From Antedon mediterranea (Eukaryota > Animalia > Echinodermata), in contig NC_092674.1 of the NCBI RefSeq assembly GCF_964355755.1, positions 8,990,001 to 9,054,000 of the forward strand: 64,000 nucleotides of DNA. Reading direction: 5' to 3'. Both the position numbers and the translations under genes were made by a program. Positions 37,787 through 51,436 of the stretch are shown one piece after another. Position 1 is the stretch's first letter, and the number at the start of each line of letters is the position of its first letter. The notes below the pieces were generated by a model that was not told where the DNA came from, made no database searches, and saw only the letters and a list, made by a program, of their open reading frames with translations.

Positions 37787-37903
37787 CTCTTTCGCGTCTG
37801 CTTTCATCAGTTATATTAAGCTCTGTGTTGCTACTATGTGGTGAATCCTTCTCATCTGGTAACGGTGACACAGCAAAACTGATTCTCTTGTCAACAACGC
37901 TGC
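37787..37903 (-). CDS. UNC80: UNC80 exon
   Basis: SVVDKRISFAVSPLPDEKDSPHSSNT...; phase 1-1. Confidence 0.88.
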
Positions 37904-38384
37904 CTGAATATGACAGCCAGATAATTAATGCATGGATATCAAACAATTATATAAGAACATTTACTATGTCTATATTTTGGAAAACTTATTTATGTAATGC
38001 AATGTGTGCTGTATTCAATAGACCTGTAAATTATTTAACTGTCTATGTATATGTAATTTATATATAATTCAACCATTTTTTATGACATTAATGTTCGAAT
38101 GGATCTGTTAATTACGTGGCTGTCTAATTGTATCTCACTTTTTACAACATTAAATTTTACGTAATTCTGAGTAGTCACTAAAATGAAATACTCATGGAAG
38201 AAAAAGTGAAAATTAAACTTCATATAGTGCATAATTCTTAGTTAACTGTATTTAGAAAATTTGAGGTTCATTGCCTGTGGCTCTTTTTAAATTTGTTAAC
38301 TATATCATGGCTTACTTTTTGAAAGATTGGCTTATAAGCAGAATGCTGTGTATAATGTTCATTATTATTGATTGTTTATACAAA

Positions 38385-38600
38385 ACTTCTCTCGTACAAA
38401 TAGGTTTCATAACAGCTTTTATTCAGCTGCCATTTAGGCACTAAATGCTTGTCAGTATACCGTACAAGACTGATGTGACACTTTGTAATTGTGTTTGTTA
38501 GTTTTTCATTTATCTGTTTTTGTATATCTCAGAGCAAACATAATTTCATTTATATGTATATTTTATATGCAGATGACAATAAATGGAGATAATGTTTCAC
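38385..38600 (+). mobile_element. 3' end of an L2/CR1-group LINE
   Basis: Translates SRTNRFHNSFYSAAI, like the RTNRFxNSF ORF2 C-terminal motif, followed by a T-rich UTR and AATAAA. Confidence 0.45.
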
Positions 38601-40107
38601 TGATGAATGAATACATTTTGTAAATATAAAACTGTGAATAAAATAATCATCTTGAATTTTAAACTTGTTAATAACAATCAAATTGCTTTCAGGACACGTA
38701 TCGGTTCCAGTTGTTAGTGTGTGTGTTTAAGGATAGGATTCTACTAACTGCAAAGTGTGTTGATGTGAGAAAATTAATAACTTCAAAATATATAAATAAT
38801 TTTGTGAGATTAAATTACTATTAGTTTAGTATGTGCTTAATGTTAGAAGATTTACGAAACATTAGTATATATCAATTAATATAAATTCCAAAAATATTAA
38901 CGATGTTACAATATTTAATGTTAATTGACAAATATTATGGCTATTAAAAAAGTTTATAAATTCACTCAAATATTTGTATAGACAAATATTTTAAAACAAA
39001 GTTTTTGCTTTGAGCAAACTTTAAAAAACGTTCAATCTCAATGAACATGCCTTAGCAATTGGCTGGCAACAATTTTCCATTCAATGGGGGAAAAATGCAA
39101 AAAAAGGATTTTGGTCAAAAGAGGAAAGATAGATGCATGCATAATTAATGTAGATAAAAAATGTAAATTTACCGTAATGACATTCAAAGATCGAGCAGGC
39201 ATCAGAACGTGTAGTGATAGGGGGAATTGTGGGAAATGATACAATCAAGCAACAGATAAAGCTTCCAAATATTGTACAATCTTAATTTTGTTGAATAATT
39301 TTGATATAATACATATATTCTGTTCCAATTTGATAATTTGGGATTTTAATATATTCATTGTAAAACTTTCTGCTTGTAATGTGATATTTTTCACTTGATA
39401 AATAAATAAAAAAGGGTTAAATTATATATCTTTAAATATTAATAAAAAAAATACATACAAATTTAAAAAAAAGATTCCTACATTTAATTTAAATGTGGAA
39501 TTTGTTATATTAAAGATTTAGCCGATTCTTTGTACTGTATCTATAAATTGCCCAGTAACAATTCTATAATACAGTGTAACATATGTATCATATATGATGC
39601 ATGTATCATAGACCATAAGCAGAACTATAACCATAATCATAAAATTGTTGTAATTTTGCTCTTCCCTGAATACAGCCAGCACATGTGATACATGTGATAC
39701 ACGTATTACAGAATATGCCTATTACAGTACAAATAATCGCGTGAAACGTTAGAAACATGCAAAAATAGATTAAAACTACTAACCCAAAAAAGGAGCTAAA
39801 ATAAATAAAACTTTCAGAATTTTAAAATTTTTTAGTACAGAAAAGTGACAATTCAGATTCTTTAAATAATTACATAATAACAATTTTGACTTCTCTTTAT
39901 ATACATTTTTATCACATTTTTAAATGAATTTGCAAAAAATAATTATTCTTAAAAAAATTAAGATTTAATAAAAAGTAATCATTATAGGCAATTGAATAAT
40001 AGAATTAATAATAATAGAATAATTTTTGTATGCAACAGGCATCTGGCCTGTGTATAATTAAAATGTTTATTCTTAATTAATTTAAAAGGGTCCGAAAGTG
40101 CACGAAC

Positions 40108-40389
40108 CTGTAAAGCTATCTACCGGGTGAACTAAACTGCGCGGTGGGTGCACAGGGGGGCTGGGTGTTGCACTGGAACCGGTATTTTTACGTTGTCCAT
40201 AAGACACAGGCGGAACATCCAGAAACTCGCTATTGCGATTATTAACACCGAACCCACCTCGACTGGCCTTGCGTACTTTTGGCAAATACTGGTATGTATC
40301 ACGAAAAAAGGCCGAGATCTCCATAAGGAGCTGACAAGCTACCATTTTCAGGGAATGTGGACAAGCTGATCCTTGCGGATTAACTGTAG
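40108..40389 (-). CDS. UNC80: UNC80 exon
   Basis: TVNPQGSACPHSLKMVACQLLMEISAFFRDTYQYLPK...; donor chosen to give phase 1. Confidence 0.88.
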
Positions 40390-40590
40390 CTGTAGAAGAT
40401 AATTAAATAAATAAAGTCAACATGGCTAGGAAAAAGAACGATAAACACTATTCAAAATTCTTCCAACACAATGACTATCTTTTCGTTTATGTTTTTAACA
40501 GTTTGTAGTTTTGTTTGAGAGGCTACAAATGTTCCACAACTAAATAGCACTGTAGGAAAAAAGAGTTTTTGATAACATGCTTGGCCTTAC

Positions 40591-40726
40591 CTTCGTCAAG
40601 AAAATCCTCATCATCATCATCTTTTCGTAATTTCTTTTGTTCGGCTTCCATACGTATTCTACCAACAACACTGATCACCGCACCGCTTTCTTTTCTCTCA
40701 ATCTCATCAAGCCTGGAGCCAATTGC
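40591..40726 (-). CDS. UNC80: UNC80 exon
   Basis: AIGSRLDEI...DDDEDFLDE; phase 0-1. Confidence 0.93.
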
Positions 40727-40985
40727 CTGTTTATTACAAAGATTGTATTAATTACTAGTTTTTATATAATAACAATTACATAAAGGTGACTGTTTGATGA
40801 AACTATTTTTATATGAAATATATCGGAAATATTATTATAAAGAAAGTTGAAAAGAAGACACAGCATCTACGGTCCAGATATTATTGTGTGATGCTCAAGC
40901 TATGTTAGCACACCATACATAGATACATACATAGAGGTATTAGCTTATTACATTTTAATCATATCTATAAATCTTTCAGACTTAC

Positions 40986-41210
40986 CTCGCCCCACAAATA
41001 AAACATCTTCGCTGTATTCCTCTGTACAGAACTAGCAGCAGTACGCCTTGATCCCCCAAGAAGTGAACGGCCTGTAAAGACCCCACTCTGTGCCCTAGGT
41101 CTGGTCACTTTTACCCCCTTCACCCATTCTGGCCATTCTCCTTTGTTGCATGAATGAACAAATCGACAACACTCCAAAAACAAGGCTGCCCGAGCAACAA
41201 CTGGGGCATT
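40986..41210 (-). CDS. UNC80: UNC80 exon
   Basis: NAPVVARAALFLECCRFVHSCNKGEWPEW...MFYLWGE. Confidence 0.95.
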
Positions 41211-41375
41211 CTGCAAAGATTATTTAAATGAGTGAAGAATTTCCTAATGTCCTCACAATGACATAACTAGTTCCTAAAGTAGCTCCAAATTCGAAGCTTC
41301 ACTGAAAAAGCACATTATACAGTGAGTTAAACACATTAAATAAAGTATATGTATCAAAGTCATTTAGACTGTTAC

Positions 41376-41560
41376 CAGATCAAGAGCTGCTGCCAGGAAT
41401 TCCGGATCTGGAACTGATCCTGGATAGCAGCATCCCATCAGGAAAGCAAGCCTCTTCATTCCTGCTGTTATCACCATCTTATCAACTGGTTTACGTTCTT
41501 TTTCTATAGTTGTGTTTCCTGGATCCGAGTTCTCGTCTATAGATTTTGGTGTATCAGACC
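41376..41560 (-). CDS. UNC80: UNC80 exon
   Basis: ...GMKRLAFLMGCCYPGSVPDPEFLAAALDL; phase 1-0. Confidence 0.94.
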
Positions 41561-41722
41561 CTAGAAAAGAAAGATTATTTTTGTCATTAATTTATTGAAA
41601 AAGATGGTAGAATAGTAGGTCTATAAATACTACACAGACTATAAATGCTGATCAATCTTTAAAATGTTACTAGGGTTTCAAGTTAGTCTAAAAATATTTT
41701 AGGAGTAAAATTCTGCTCTAAC

Positions 41723-41825
41723 CATCTTCTCCTTTGCCATCGTCTTTTTTCTTGTTTTTGCGAAATTTTGAAAAGAAGTGAGGTTCTTCTTTCTTGTTTC
41801 TGGTGAACTCAAACCTTGATCCTTC
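41723..41825 (-). CDS. UNC80: UNC80 exon
   Basis: EGSRFEFTRNKKEEPHFFSKFRKNKKKDDGKGED; phase 0-1. Confidence 0.85.
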
Positions 41826-42285
41826 CTGAAATAAAAAACTTAACATAGGTAAGGTCACATTCACCGTTGATCATGCTTTCCTGATCATGATCAAGTCAGT
41901 AATTTATTTGAATTTATCATGCTCAACTTAATCACCTAATAAGAAAGATGAGAAGACACTGTAGAATTCAACCAACTTTTAATTTAATATTTCATCATCA
42001 AACTTATTGCAATAGATTTCATGCAAAAAAAAAGACACCCAATTTAGCAAAAATAGACCATAATATATATTCAAGTGAAAGGGTTCTCTATCATACTAAA
42101 CTAATGGTAATTAACTCCCAATATTTTATATGAATGTGCCAATATGTTACCTATCAAATTAATTAATTTAAGGGTCTCCATTCTTTCCAGTATTATTTTT
42201 TTGACCACAAGAATACATATCTAGCAGCATGAGGAATACCCCTGAAGAATCAGTTACAAGAAACGGGCAGTGTGAGCTAGATCCT

Positions 42286-42506
42286 GTTCGGACGAAACAA
42301 ATTTACATGTGTAATGGTCGCGTGTGGTGTAAATTTTGAGATAAACTTGCTGTTTCAAAAATCCACCTCATGAGGTGGATTTTTCAATTACTCCTTAAAC
42401 CGCAAGCTGATTAACTGCAAGATAAGGACCAATTTGACCTTAATAGTGTAAATAGATGCATGGAATATGACCTGCATTTACATGTGTAAATTGTTCATCG
42501 TCCGAA
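42286..42506. mobile_element. MITE with central palindrome
   Basis: TIRs gttcggacga..aatttacatgtgtaa / ttacatgtgtaaattg..tcgtccgaac; central AAAATCCACCTCATGAGGTGGATTTT. Confidence 0.75.
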
Positions 42507-42536
42507 CGATCACTGATTACCCATCGTCTAGTCTAC

Positions 42537-42619
42537 CTTTTTGGTTCTTTCTTCTGAGCCATCATGATCATCTGGACTGAGAAGATGTGTCTTTTTCTTC
42601 CAGGTTGTCACAACTTGAG
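42537..42619 (-). CDS. UNC80: UNC80 exon (83 nt)
   Basis: AQVVTTWKKKTHLLSPDDHDGSEERTKK; open only in phase 1, ends phase 0. Confidence 0.82.
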
Positions 42620-44699
42620 CTAGAAATAACAAACAAAAGAGACTAATAATAATAATATGACAAAATAATAATATGATAAATAAATACAACAAATGTAGAT
42701 TAAAAGTAGTAGTTGATTGTCTTTCTGTCTAAATCTACAAACCAAAAAAGAAAGCATTTAAATTACTATTTTCTCACTTATTGATTTTAATTATCAGAGT
42801 AACTAATATTGTTGGCAGAATGTTTGACCTCGTTTTTTCCCATTGGAACATCACGCTTGTGATTTTCATAACAAAGTGACTACACTGATAGAGTGATAAA
42901 TAGCATATAATTGTTTAATTCTATTAAAATTGCACAGTACAGTATTAAACATTTAAATACCAATGTCATGAGATGTGGTTGATAAGCAAAACTTAACAAA
43001 ACTTAAAAACAATAATTGCTTTCAATTGTATGCAACGCAACAGAGATTGATCTTAGTTAAAACATATAAATATAGGTAAGAGAATATCAATAAAAAAATT
43101 AAAATGAATAGTATTTTATTTAAAATACATTTCATATAAATAAATATAAAAAATAATGGTAGAATATTGGAATAGCACCTAAAGCATTAACTTGTGAAAA
43201 AGAGTAAAACCTCTACTATGTTAACAAAATTTGAAATATCAACTATAGACTAAAAAGAATTGAATATTTTTGTCATAAAAGTGAGTTAGGAAATTACATA
43301 AGAACAACAAATTAAATAGAAAAAAATTAAAATTATAATTAAATGTAATATTGCTAAATTCAGAACATTAAAGATGATTATATTGTCCCCTGAAAAAAAT
43401 TGTTTGTTGAAATATGCCATTTTAATATCATATAATAGATATTTACTTTGCCAAAAATAAAAACAACTAAATAATTGATAAAATATGAAAGAAACAAATA
43501 ATCAACCTGAATCCCATTGTCTGGAAGTCAAGTTATTATTTATATGAAATGAAATAATTATTTTTCTTAAATTTTACATAATAGTAATTGTAATTAATAT
43601 AAATGGCCAACTCAAATTTTGATTTTATTTATTGTTATTTTTCAAGTTTTGGTGGACAGTACATCTTTAAAAGAAAAAAATGTTTAATATCTAACATCTA
43701 TTTTTAGTTCAAAGAAAAGAATTACCAAAAAATGTAATCAATTAATAAAAAGTGAACACAAGTAGTAAAAAAAATATTAAAATATAAGACATATTAAAGT
43801 TAATATTTAGAAAACAGCCAAAAAACTATTTTTTTATATTAAGACTGAAGTTTAATATATATATTTAAAAGAGAAGACGAATATAGGAAAGTGGGTGCAT
43901 TGTACCAGTAATACTAACTATTGGTTCAACATGGTTTCACACATGTTCCATTTTGTTAAATAATGGAAAGATGTTTAAAGAATTTGTTATCAGAAACGGA
44001 ACCAGTGTGAATGAAACGTTAAAACCCTGGAAGCAAAAGTAAAGAGATGATGACAAAATGTAGAAATCAATAAATGTTAATTATCAATTATTAATTGTAG
44101 AACTTTGCCAAAGCTTATCTTGAAAGACAACATTTTTACTACATTAAAATAATGTGATATACACCAAGAAGAAAAGCATTATAAATTTCAGAAAAAATAC
44201 CACAAATTAGTTTAAGATATAATTGGTGGGAATTATTTTGGATTTGATTATTAAGGGCAGTAAAGGTACAATAGGCATGTTAATGATAGAATTAATTTTC
44301 ATCAAACTTCATCCTATAGGCTGTTTACTTTTTAGTTAATTACAATGATGATAATCTGATTGATGGAAATCTGAAAAATGTGAATGATGATAATAGCGAT
44401 TGTAATGAGAATACTATAGTAACAATGATTAAAGATGATTCAGTTACAGTAGGTCATGTATTGATTTTTAATATGAGCTATTAACAATGGCAGAGGACAA
44501 AAATGCTATATTAAATATGAATGATAATGATTGAATTACATTACAAATTAATGACAGTACTGATAATAATTATGATAATGATGATTGTGTAACTATTTCT
44601 TCCCATAGAAGCACACAGGGAAAATAAAAGCAAGTATGTGAAGGAGAATTTGGCAACAAACAAATTCTCCCTATAATTAGAAAGGGTATATTATACTCA

Positions 44700-44825
44700 T
44701 TGTGATGGTGAGCATGATGAAGATGATGATGATGATGATGATGATGACAAATAAAGATGATATATGATGATGATTATGATGATAAAATGAAGAATGAGAC
44801 TCTTGATGAAAATGATGACGATACA
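44700..44825. repeat. (GAT)n microsatellite with degenerate flank
   Basis: Direct inspection. Confidence 0.85.
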
Positions 44826-45787
44826 ATACTGATATTGACTATTATTGTCTGGTAATAACAATGATTGGCGGTAATTATATTTACATTTTATACTGAATTA
44901 TTATGATATGGTAAATGGCAAAACATAAGCCCTCACAAATGCACATTTAGAATTTCACCTTTCTTTATTATTTCATTTGCAAATATATACATCATGAATT
45001 TGAACCTGCCAGCACGACTCACCTTTTTTCTCTTTTGGAAATTCATGTTATCACCCTTGACAGAAATTACATTATGACAATGAGAATGATGTTGACAAAT
45101 ATTATGTTATATTAACACATATTATTATGTAAATCAAAGATATTAAAAAATTTCAAAATTCAAGAAATATTACACTAATATTTCTCAATTTTGTATATAT
45201 TTATTCACAGCACACAAACTTTCAATAAAGATAAATTAAGTAATACTATTATTTAAAATCATCAAAAGTTGTGTTCAAAAGAGTAACCTTTGATGTGATA
45301 GTTTTAATGTAAAATTCAAATTATATTTTCGTTGAGTCAATTTAAAAAAAAAATAATTTGTGATAACTAGACTATAAGATGATTCAAATAGTTTATATGG
45401 ATAGTTTCACATAAAAAATGAAGGAAAAAGAAATGAAGTTAGGTGGTTAGGAAGTGCAAATGATGTCAAAGGTCAAATACAAATACTCTGTGATACGTGA
45501 CTATACCTGTATCCGTGACTGGAGCCATATTTGCTTTTTTTCCTGCAAGAAAACATGTTCATATAACGGAAAAAACTAAAGGTTATACATGCTGGGAGGA
45601 ATTGAATAAAATTCAAATTATATTGTCTACCATAAATGATCAAACCATTTCCATAACATTGTTTAAATTTCTATGTTAGAAAAAATGACAGTAAAACACC
45701 TTATCTGTACGAAGCTGCAGTGCTTATTTCACTGAACTTTATCTGAAACAATGTAAAAGGTTTCCATGGTGCCCTAAAGCGGTTTGT

Positions 45788-46162
45788 TATTCAACTACGG
45801 CACTTATTCAACTTTGGTCCTTATTTGGCTGTGGCACTGATTCAACTGTGGCACTGATTCAACTGTGGCACTTATTTAACTGTGGCACTTATTTTGACTG
45901 TGGCATTTATTCAACAGTGCCACTTATTCAACTGTGGCACTTACTCAACTTTGGCACTTGAACTTTAACCCAGTTTGATGTGGCACTTATTCGACTGTGG
46001 CACTTATTCAACTGTGGCTCTCATTCGAATGTCACACTTATTCAACTATGGCTCTTATTCGACTATGACACTTATTCAACTGCAGCACTTATTCAACTGC
46101 AGCACTTATTCAACTGTGGCACTTATTTAACTGCGGCAGTTACTCGACTGCTGCACTTATTA
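45788..46162. repeat. 18-bp minisatellite GGCACTTATTCAACTGT-type
   Basis: About 20 imperfect copies. Confidence 0.9.
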
Positions 46163-46889
46163 CTGATTACTTTATAACTTCAGTAACGAACGACCATGCT
46201 ATAAATGTTTTGATCATTTACAGTATTCAGGGATGGATCATATTCAAAATACTAACAAAAAACAATCAAGGATAAACTATTTATTATCAGTCATGAGGAC
46301 AAATTTTTGGTGCATCGATGATGTGAAATATTGTTACAGAACCTGCCATGATGAAACTTTTGTAAAAGGATTGTGCTGATGAAGTGCTATAGTAAAAATG
46401 TTGGTTGAAAATGACAAAAAATAATGTTTGTTATTTTTATCAAAACATTTTTTTTTTTGCTGTGCATGTTATTTAAACTAATTAAGTTTTTATGCACGAC
46501 CAAACATTTTCCATCTTGTTTTTCCAAAACAAGAAGATACAATTGTTCTTCTTTTACTGTTAAGAGAATCTGCCCTGGGATGGGTATCTCATTATACTAC
46601 CCAACAATTGTATTTGAGTATGTACATGGTTCTGTAAAGAAATCTACTAATAAGAGTTAGTTAATGTTCAAACGATGCTTTTTCAGTTCCGTTGTTACTG
46701 TGTATTTTAGTAAAATTTATAACTTGAAGTTGCAAATTATATAAGCTTGTGTATAATATATATTATATATTTTTTCTTAACTTATCTTTATTCATAAAGA
46801 AATCTGAAAGCACAGACACCTGTTCAAGAATAGCATGATTTAATTTGCAATTATTGAGTGGTACCTTTGTTAAAATTCAAACAACTTAC

Positions 46890-47077
46890 CAAATTGAAAA
46901 ACACTGAACTTGGGCTTGGAATTAGACTGGCTGTCATCCTCCTGACCTGCAGATCCTTTGAACTTCCTACGAAAAATATTCTGTCTTAGTTCGGTTCTTG
47001 GACTAGCATCTCCATCACCCATCTTGGCGAAGTTGTAAAGACTCCTTTCAGATCCAGAGCGTGATGAAACATTTAAA
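46890..47077 (-). CDS. UNC80: UNC80 exon
   Basis: LNVSSRSGSERSLY...FSVFQF; cag/gtaag; phase 2-1. Confidence 0.88.
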
Positions 47078-47582
47078 CTGGAAGAAAATGTTTTAACAAC
47101 TCAAACCTGTCTCTCGCCTCTTTTTATTGTAATACAATAAAAATAAAATGTATGAGAAAAATATAAAGTGAAAAAGGAGAGAGAGAGAGAGAGATTGCAC
47201 TTTAACATTTCATTACATTTCTTTAGCATCAAGTAGTTCAACTCTTATGGCTAAAGATAATGAATAGCCTAGAGATAGCCTTGTGTGTCGGACATCAGCA
47301 TCTTCTATAGTAAACAATATATATTGTTATACAACATATCCAAAATAGAAATTTCACCTTATTGGGAGAGAAAGGAGACCACTGCAAATATCGGAAAACC
47401 CTTGTGATTATTAGAAAACTTAGGAAGTCTGTGAGTTACTAGGAATATGAACTAGTAGATAAAAAGAACACAATTGGATACTACAAATCATTATTATATT
47501 ATATCATTTTAGCCTGCACTGTCATATCAATTGATACTTGGCCTCTATTTTACATTTTTGATATTTAAAGCTACTCCCTTAC

Positions 47583-47728
47583 TCGTCTTTTTTGTCTGCA
47601 AACTGGTCTTTGGATTGTTCTCCTTTCCCTGATGAATCTATAAGTCCACTGAAAGCAACACGTCTGAAAACACCACCATGAGCCTCTTTGATATAGTTCA
47701 GCATCTGACGCACTTCACAGTAAAGAGA
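47583..47728 (-). CDS. UNC80: UNC80 exon
   Basis: SLYCEVRQMLNYIKEAHGGVFRRVAFSGLID...; phase 0-2. Confidence 0.93.
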
Positions 47729-49440
47729 CTGAAAATATACATAAAATTCAAGAATAGTTTTGAATTAATTTTAAAAATACATTATTACCACCAACCAAAT
47801 ATATTATTACCACCAACAATGGTAAAAAAAAGTGTTATTATAATAGTGTCTAGCGCCCTCACTATAGTTGCTAACTTCAGGTACAATACTTTATGCTTAT
47901 TATTACAGTGGAATATTAAAATTATGTAAATTAGTATTACCTAAGTATGCTTAACTAAATGGTTAGGAACGCATGACTACATTTAACATTTTTGTTTTGT
48001 AAAATGTAATAAGTTTTTGTAATGTATTCAGGCCTCATTCATCTGTAAAACCAACATAATATTTTCAGAAAACAACTGTTTAGAGCAGCAGGCTTATCAA
48101 AGCGTCTTTGAGCATGTTTATTCATGAAAGAACACTATAAAAATGTGGTATATTACAGAACAACAACCAACCAAAAACTATTTTATGTTTAAATTAATGA
48201 GTAAGAGTCTAGGTCAACCAAATTTTTTGGTTGATTTTATTTTATATTTTTTGTACAAAAAACTTGTGCCAAAAAAGCTGCTGTTCAGAATTAATGACAG
48301 TTAATATAGTAAATGTATTTGTGGAAAACCTGTGTTTATACAATTCACCAACATATTTTGTTGGGTAACCACACTGTTTATCACAGCGCCTGCTTGATAA
48401 AAAACTAAAATTATATAATGTTGTTGCAGTAAATAAAGTAGTTACTGCAGTAACTACAATAGAGTTGTTTTGACACGATCCCTTATAAGTCTATAATAAA
48501 GACTGTCTGATTATGAATCGCTATCATTGGACAATTACTTCAATAAGTTATCAACGCAACAAAATTACAATTGTTCACATCATTAACTCATCACATCACA
48601 ATTCTTATTCTAGTAATTGTCTCAAATAAAAAAGGTGTTATAACACTGATGACAAATGGTGTCAATTTTTAAGCTTATTGTCGCATAGGTGATTAATGGG
48701 AAATAAACTGTCAATACATATTCATATAAAAGGTATCTTAGTTGTCAATATAGCTTTTTACCAAAGACAGAAAATAATTCATTAAATACTGGTTTTTTTT
48801 TCATCAATAGAAGCATTCCATCCTGTTTTTTATATTTCTATTTAATATATATAATGGTGTTGTCCGAAACCTCTGCTAATTTTTCTGGCTGTTTTACTTT
48901 TTTGGGCTTATTTTATGTTGTATCTTCATTGAGATCCAGCCACTGATACCCACAGCATTGTCATTATTTTCAGTAATTTGTCTTTAGATTGATATAATTT
49001 GTAACAGTGTCTACTTGTATAAGCTAGGCTTCTGAGATTCTCCCTGTCCATTCTTTTTTTTTCTCTTTGCTTATTTATGTATGAAGAAAGAAACCCAAAT
49101 ATTACATGAAAAATTAAATATTTTAAGTTCTAATTCATGATTAAAAAAAAACCAATTTCTCTGAAAAATCTGAGAAGCAACAATCTGAATTTGGTTTAAG
49201 ACACATAAATTAAACTGGTATTCCAAAAAACCATAGTAGACCTAATTGATATTTCCTTTTCAAGCTAGAAAAAAGAGAGAAAAATTATAAAAAAAATATA
49301 TAGTTTTCTGTAGTGAAAAGGTTATTTGATATAGTAACAAATTAATTTTTTTTTAAACAAAACTAGAAAAAAACCATACACCCATTTTAAAAAGATTGTT
49401 ATGCATACTTTGCTCAGAGAAAACAAACCCAAAATCTTAC

Positions 49441-49610
49441 CTCTCGTTCAGTATAAAGCTCTTTTTCACAATTAGCAAGTCTGGTTACGAGAGCTTTGAA
49501 GATACATCCTACCACAGTTCCTTGTATACCACGTACTCCGGTCCCTGCTATACCACTCCCAAAATTTGTGGCAAACCCACCTCGAACAATTCCTTCGTTT
49601 GGTCCAGTTC
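49441..49610 (-). CDS. UNC80: UNC80 exon (first in window)
   Basis: Encodes TGPNEGIVRGGFATNFG...IFKALVTRLANCEKELYTERE; tag/gtaag; phase 1-0. Confidence 0.9.
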
Positions 49611-51273
49611 CTATTTAAGAAAATTGAAATCAAAATGATCAAATATATGGTCACAAACTTTTGAAAAAAAGTACACAAAGCGTCAATAAATGACACCAAA
49701 CAATAAATAATAAAAAAATCACCCATGTATTGACAATTACATGATTTTGAATGTTTGGCAACAAGAATCAACGTTTATTATAATTATTGGTATGGATAAG
49801 CATCCTCAAAACAGGATGCAAGGATGTAAGCGCAAAGCAAGTGAGTTGACCGATGAAAAGCTACAGTTAGAATAATCTATCCCTTGTGATTGGATTGAAA
49901 TCACTTGCATTACTCCTAGTAAGAACCAAACATTTTTCTGTTAGGATTTGTATTCTTTATTCATTATTTAATTTAGTTATATTATCCATAAATCAATTTT
50001 ATATTTATTCAATTTTTTTTTACATTGTTGTCAACTATTATATTTTCATGATAATGTTTGTCAAATTGTATTGTTCCATCATTGACTGGACGGACCCCCC
50101 TAATTATTATAATATATTGTTTTTTATGTATTAAGAAATACTGATACTGAAAATGAAAAATAACAGGGGAAAATGGCAAAAATAGGCAATCCGAAATGTT
50201 CTTGCAGTTCTACTGAATATTCAAGATACAGTACAGTATTTCCATATGATTGTGGCTCATGGCATATACAATGTTTAATATTATAATTATAAAAAGATGA
50301 AAAGACGCAGAACATAAAAGGTCGTAGATGAATTGAATGATTAAACAACAAGGCTCATATATTATATAAGTTCAATGAAGCGTATGACATGTGTACCACT
50401 TTATTTGTTCATACTTAAGTGTGTTCACAATAGTTAATTAGTGCACACTTCAGAGTAGCTGTTGAAGAAATATAAGCCTGAACGAGTTTATTAGTTTGAA
50501 CGTTTCATTTTCAACTTAAATTTGCATATTAATTAAAAAATTTGCATAATTTAAATAAAAGTTGTATATAAAATGTACAACTTGTATGGTTAATTCGCAT
50601 ATGAAATGTAAAAATTATTTGATTGTACTTTGCCTATAAAATAAAAAATATTAATATTGTAATGTACGTTATCAGGAAGAGGGCAATTTCACTCTTCTTT
50701 GCATTATGGGAGTATGTTTCCATACATCAAAAAATGACCGGGGTAATATGTGAAGCGCTTAGAAGCACTGTACAACAAGTGCTATATAAGAACGAATATT
50801 ATTATTATTATTTATATCAAATACAGAACTTTTTTATTATAATTTGCATATCAAATAAAAAAATTGTTGTAATTTGCATACCAAATGTAAATTATTATGG
50901 TTAAATAATAATAATATTATAATATTATCAATTTGCATATTCTAGATTTTTTTTTCATGGCATAAAATTTAATTTATAAAAAGTATAAGTAAACAAGAGC
51001 TAAACTTAGTGTTCATTAATCAAATGAAAATAATACTGAAAAGATTTTAATTTACATAATCTAGGAATACGAGTAAAAAATTACAAAATAAAATGGAAAG
51101 AGAAAATCTTTAACACTCACGTCAGTAATAAAAAAAAAATGCATTAATTGTATCCTAGCATTTAAAAATTAGGGGGTTAAAATTACGTTTCCACTACAAA
51201 GAGTTTTTTTGTCCTGTAATTGGCAAATTAAAAATAATTAAATGTATTTAAACATCATCAGGGAGTTTTATAT

Positions 51274-51436
51274 AAAGCTCTGTCTACACTATCAAACTTT
51301 ATGTGAAAAAAAGTGATGTGTCTACATATGGACGTGATGATGTCATATCACTACCATTATTTAAGCATATCACTACCATATTTGGGCACTTCACACATTT
51401 TTTGTCAAACTAGTTTGATAATGCAGACAGAGCTTT
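51274..51436. mobile_element. PIF/Harbinger-like MITE
   Basis: 25-bp TIRs aaagctctgtctacactatcaaact / agtttgataatgcagacagagcttt, TAA/TTA context. Confidence 0.8.

Larger units (their letters stand above)
5185..49610 (-). other. UNC80: Gene span: unc-80 homolog (NALCN channel complex subunit), 5'-incomplete, 49 exon positions in the window
   Basis: The spliced translation carries UNC80 hallmark motifs: APVVARAALFLEC, PPSIDFTLPSPTIG, FKDLKQTLKKEQCD, LPSFPRKALDAEF, LFLNVINGALLLHCED, LKIMIVCFEKQLGSDWY. All introns are GT-AG with matching phases. Confidence 0.97.

Noticed and set aside
7979-40751. Plus-strand ORFs overlapping UNC80 exons (e.g. 7979, 14983, 21560, 32578, 35262, 40569)
   Set aside because: Antisense shadows of coding exons.
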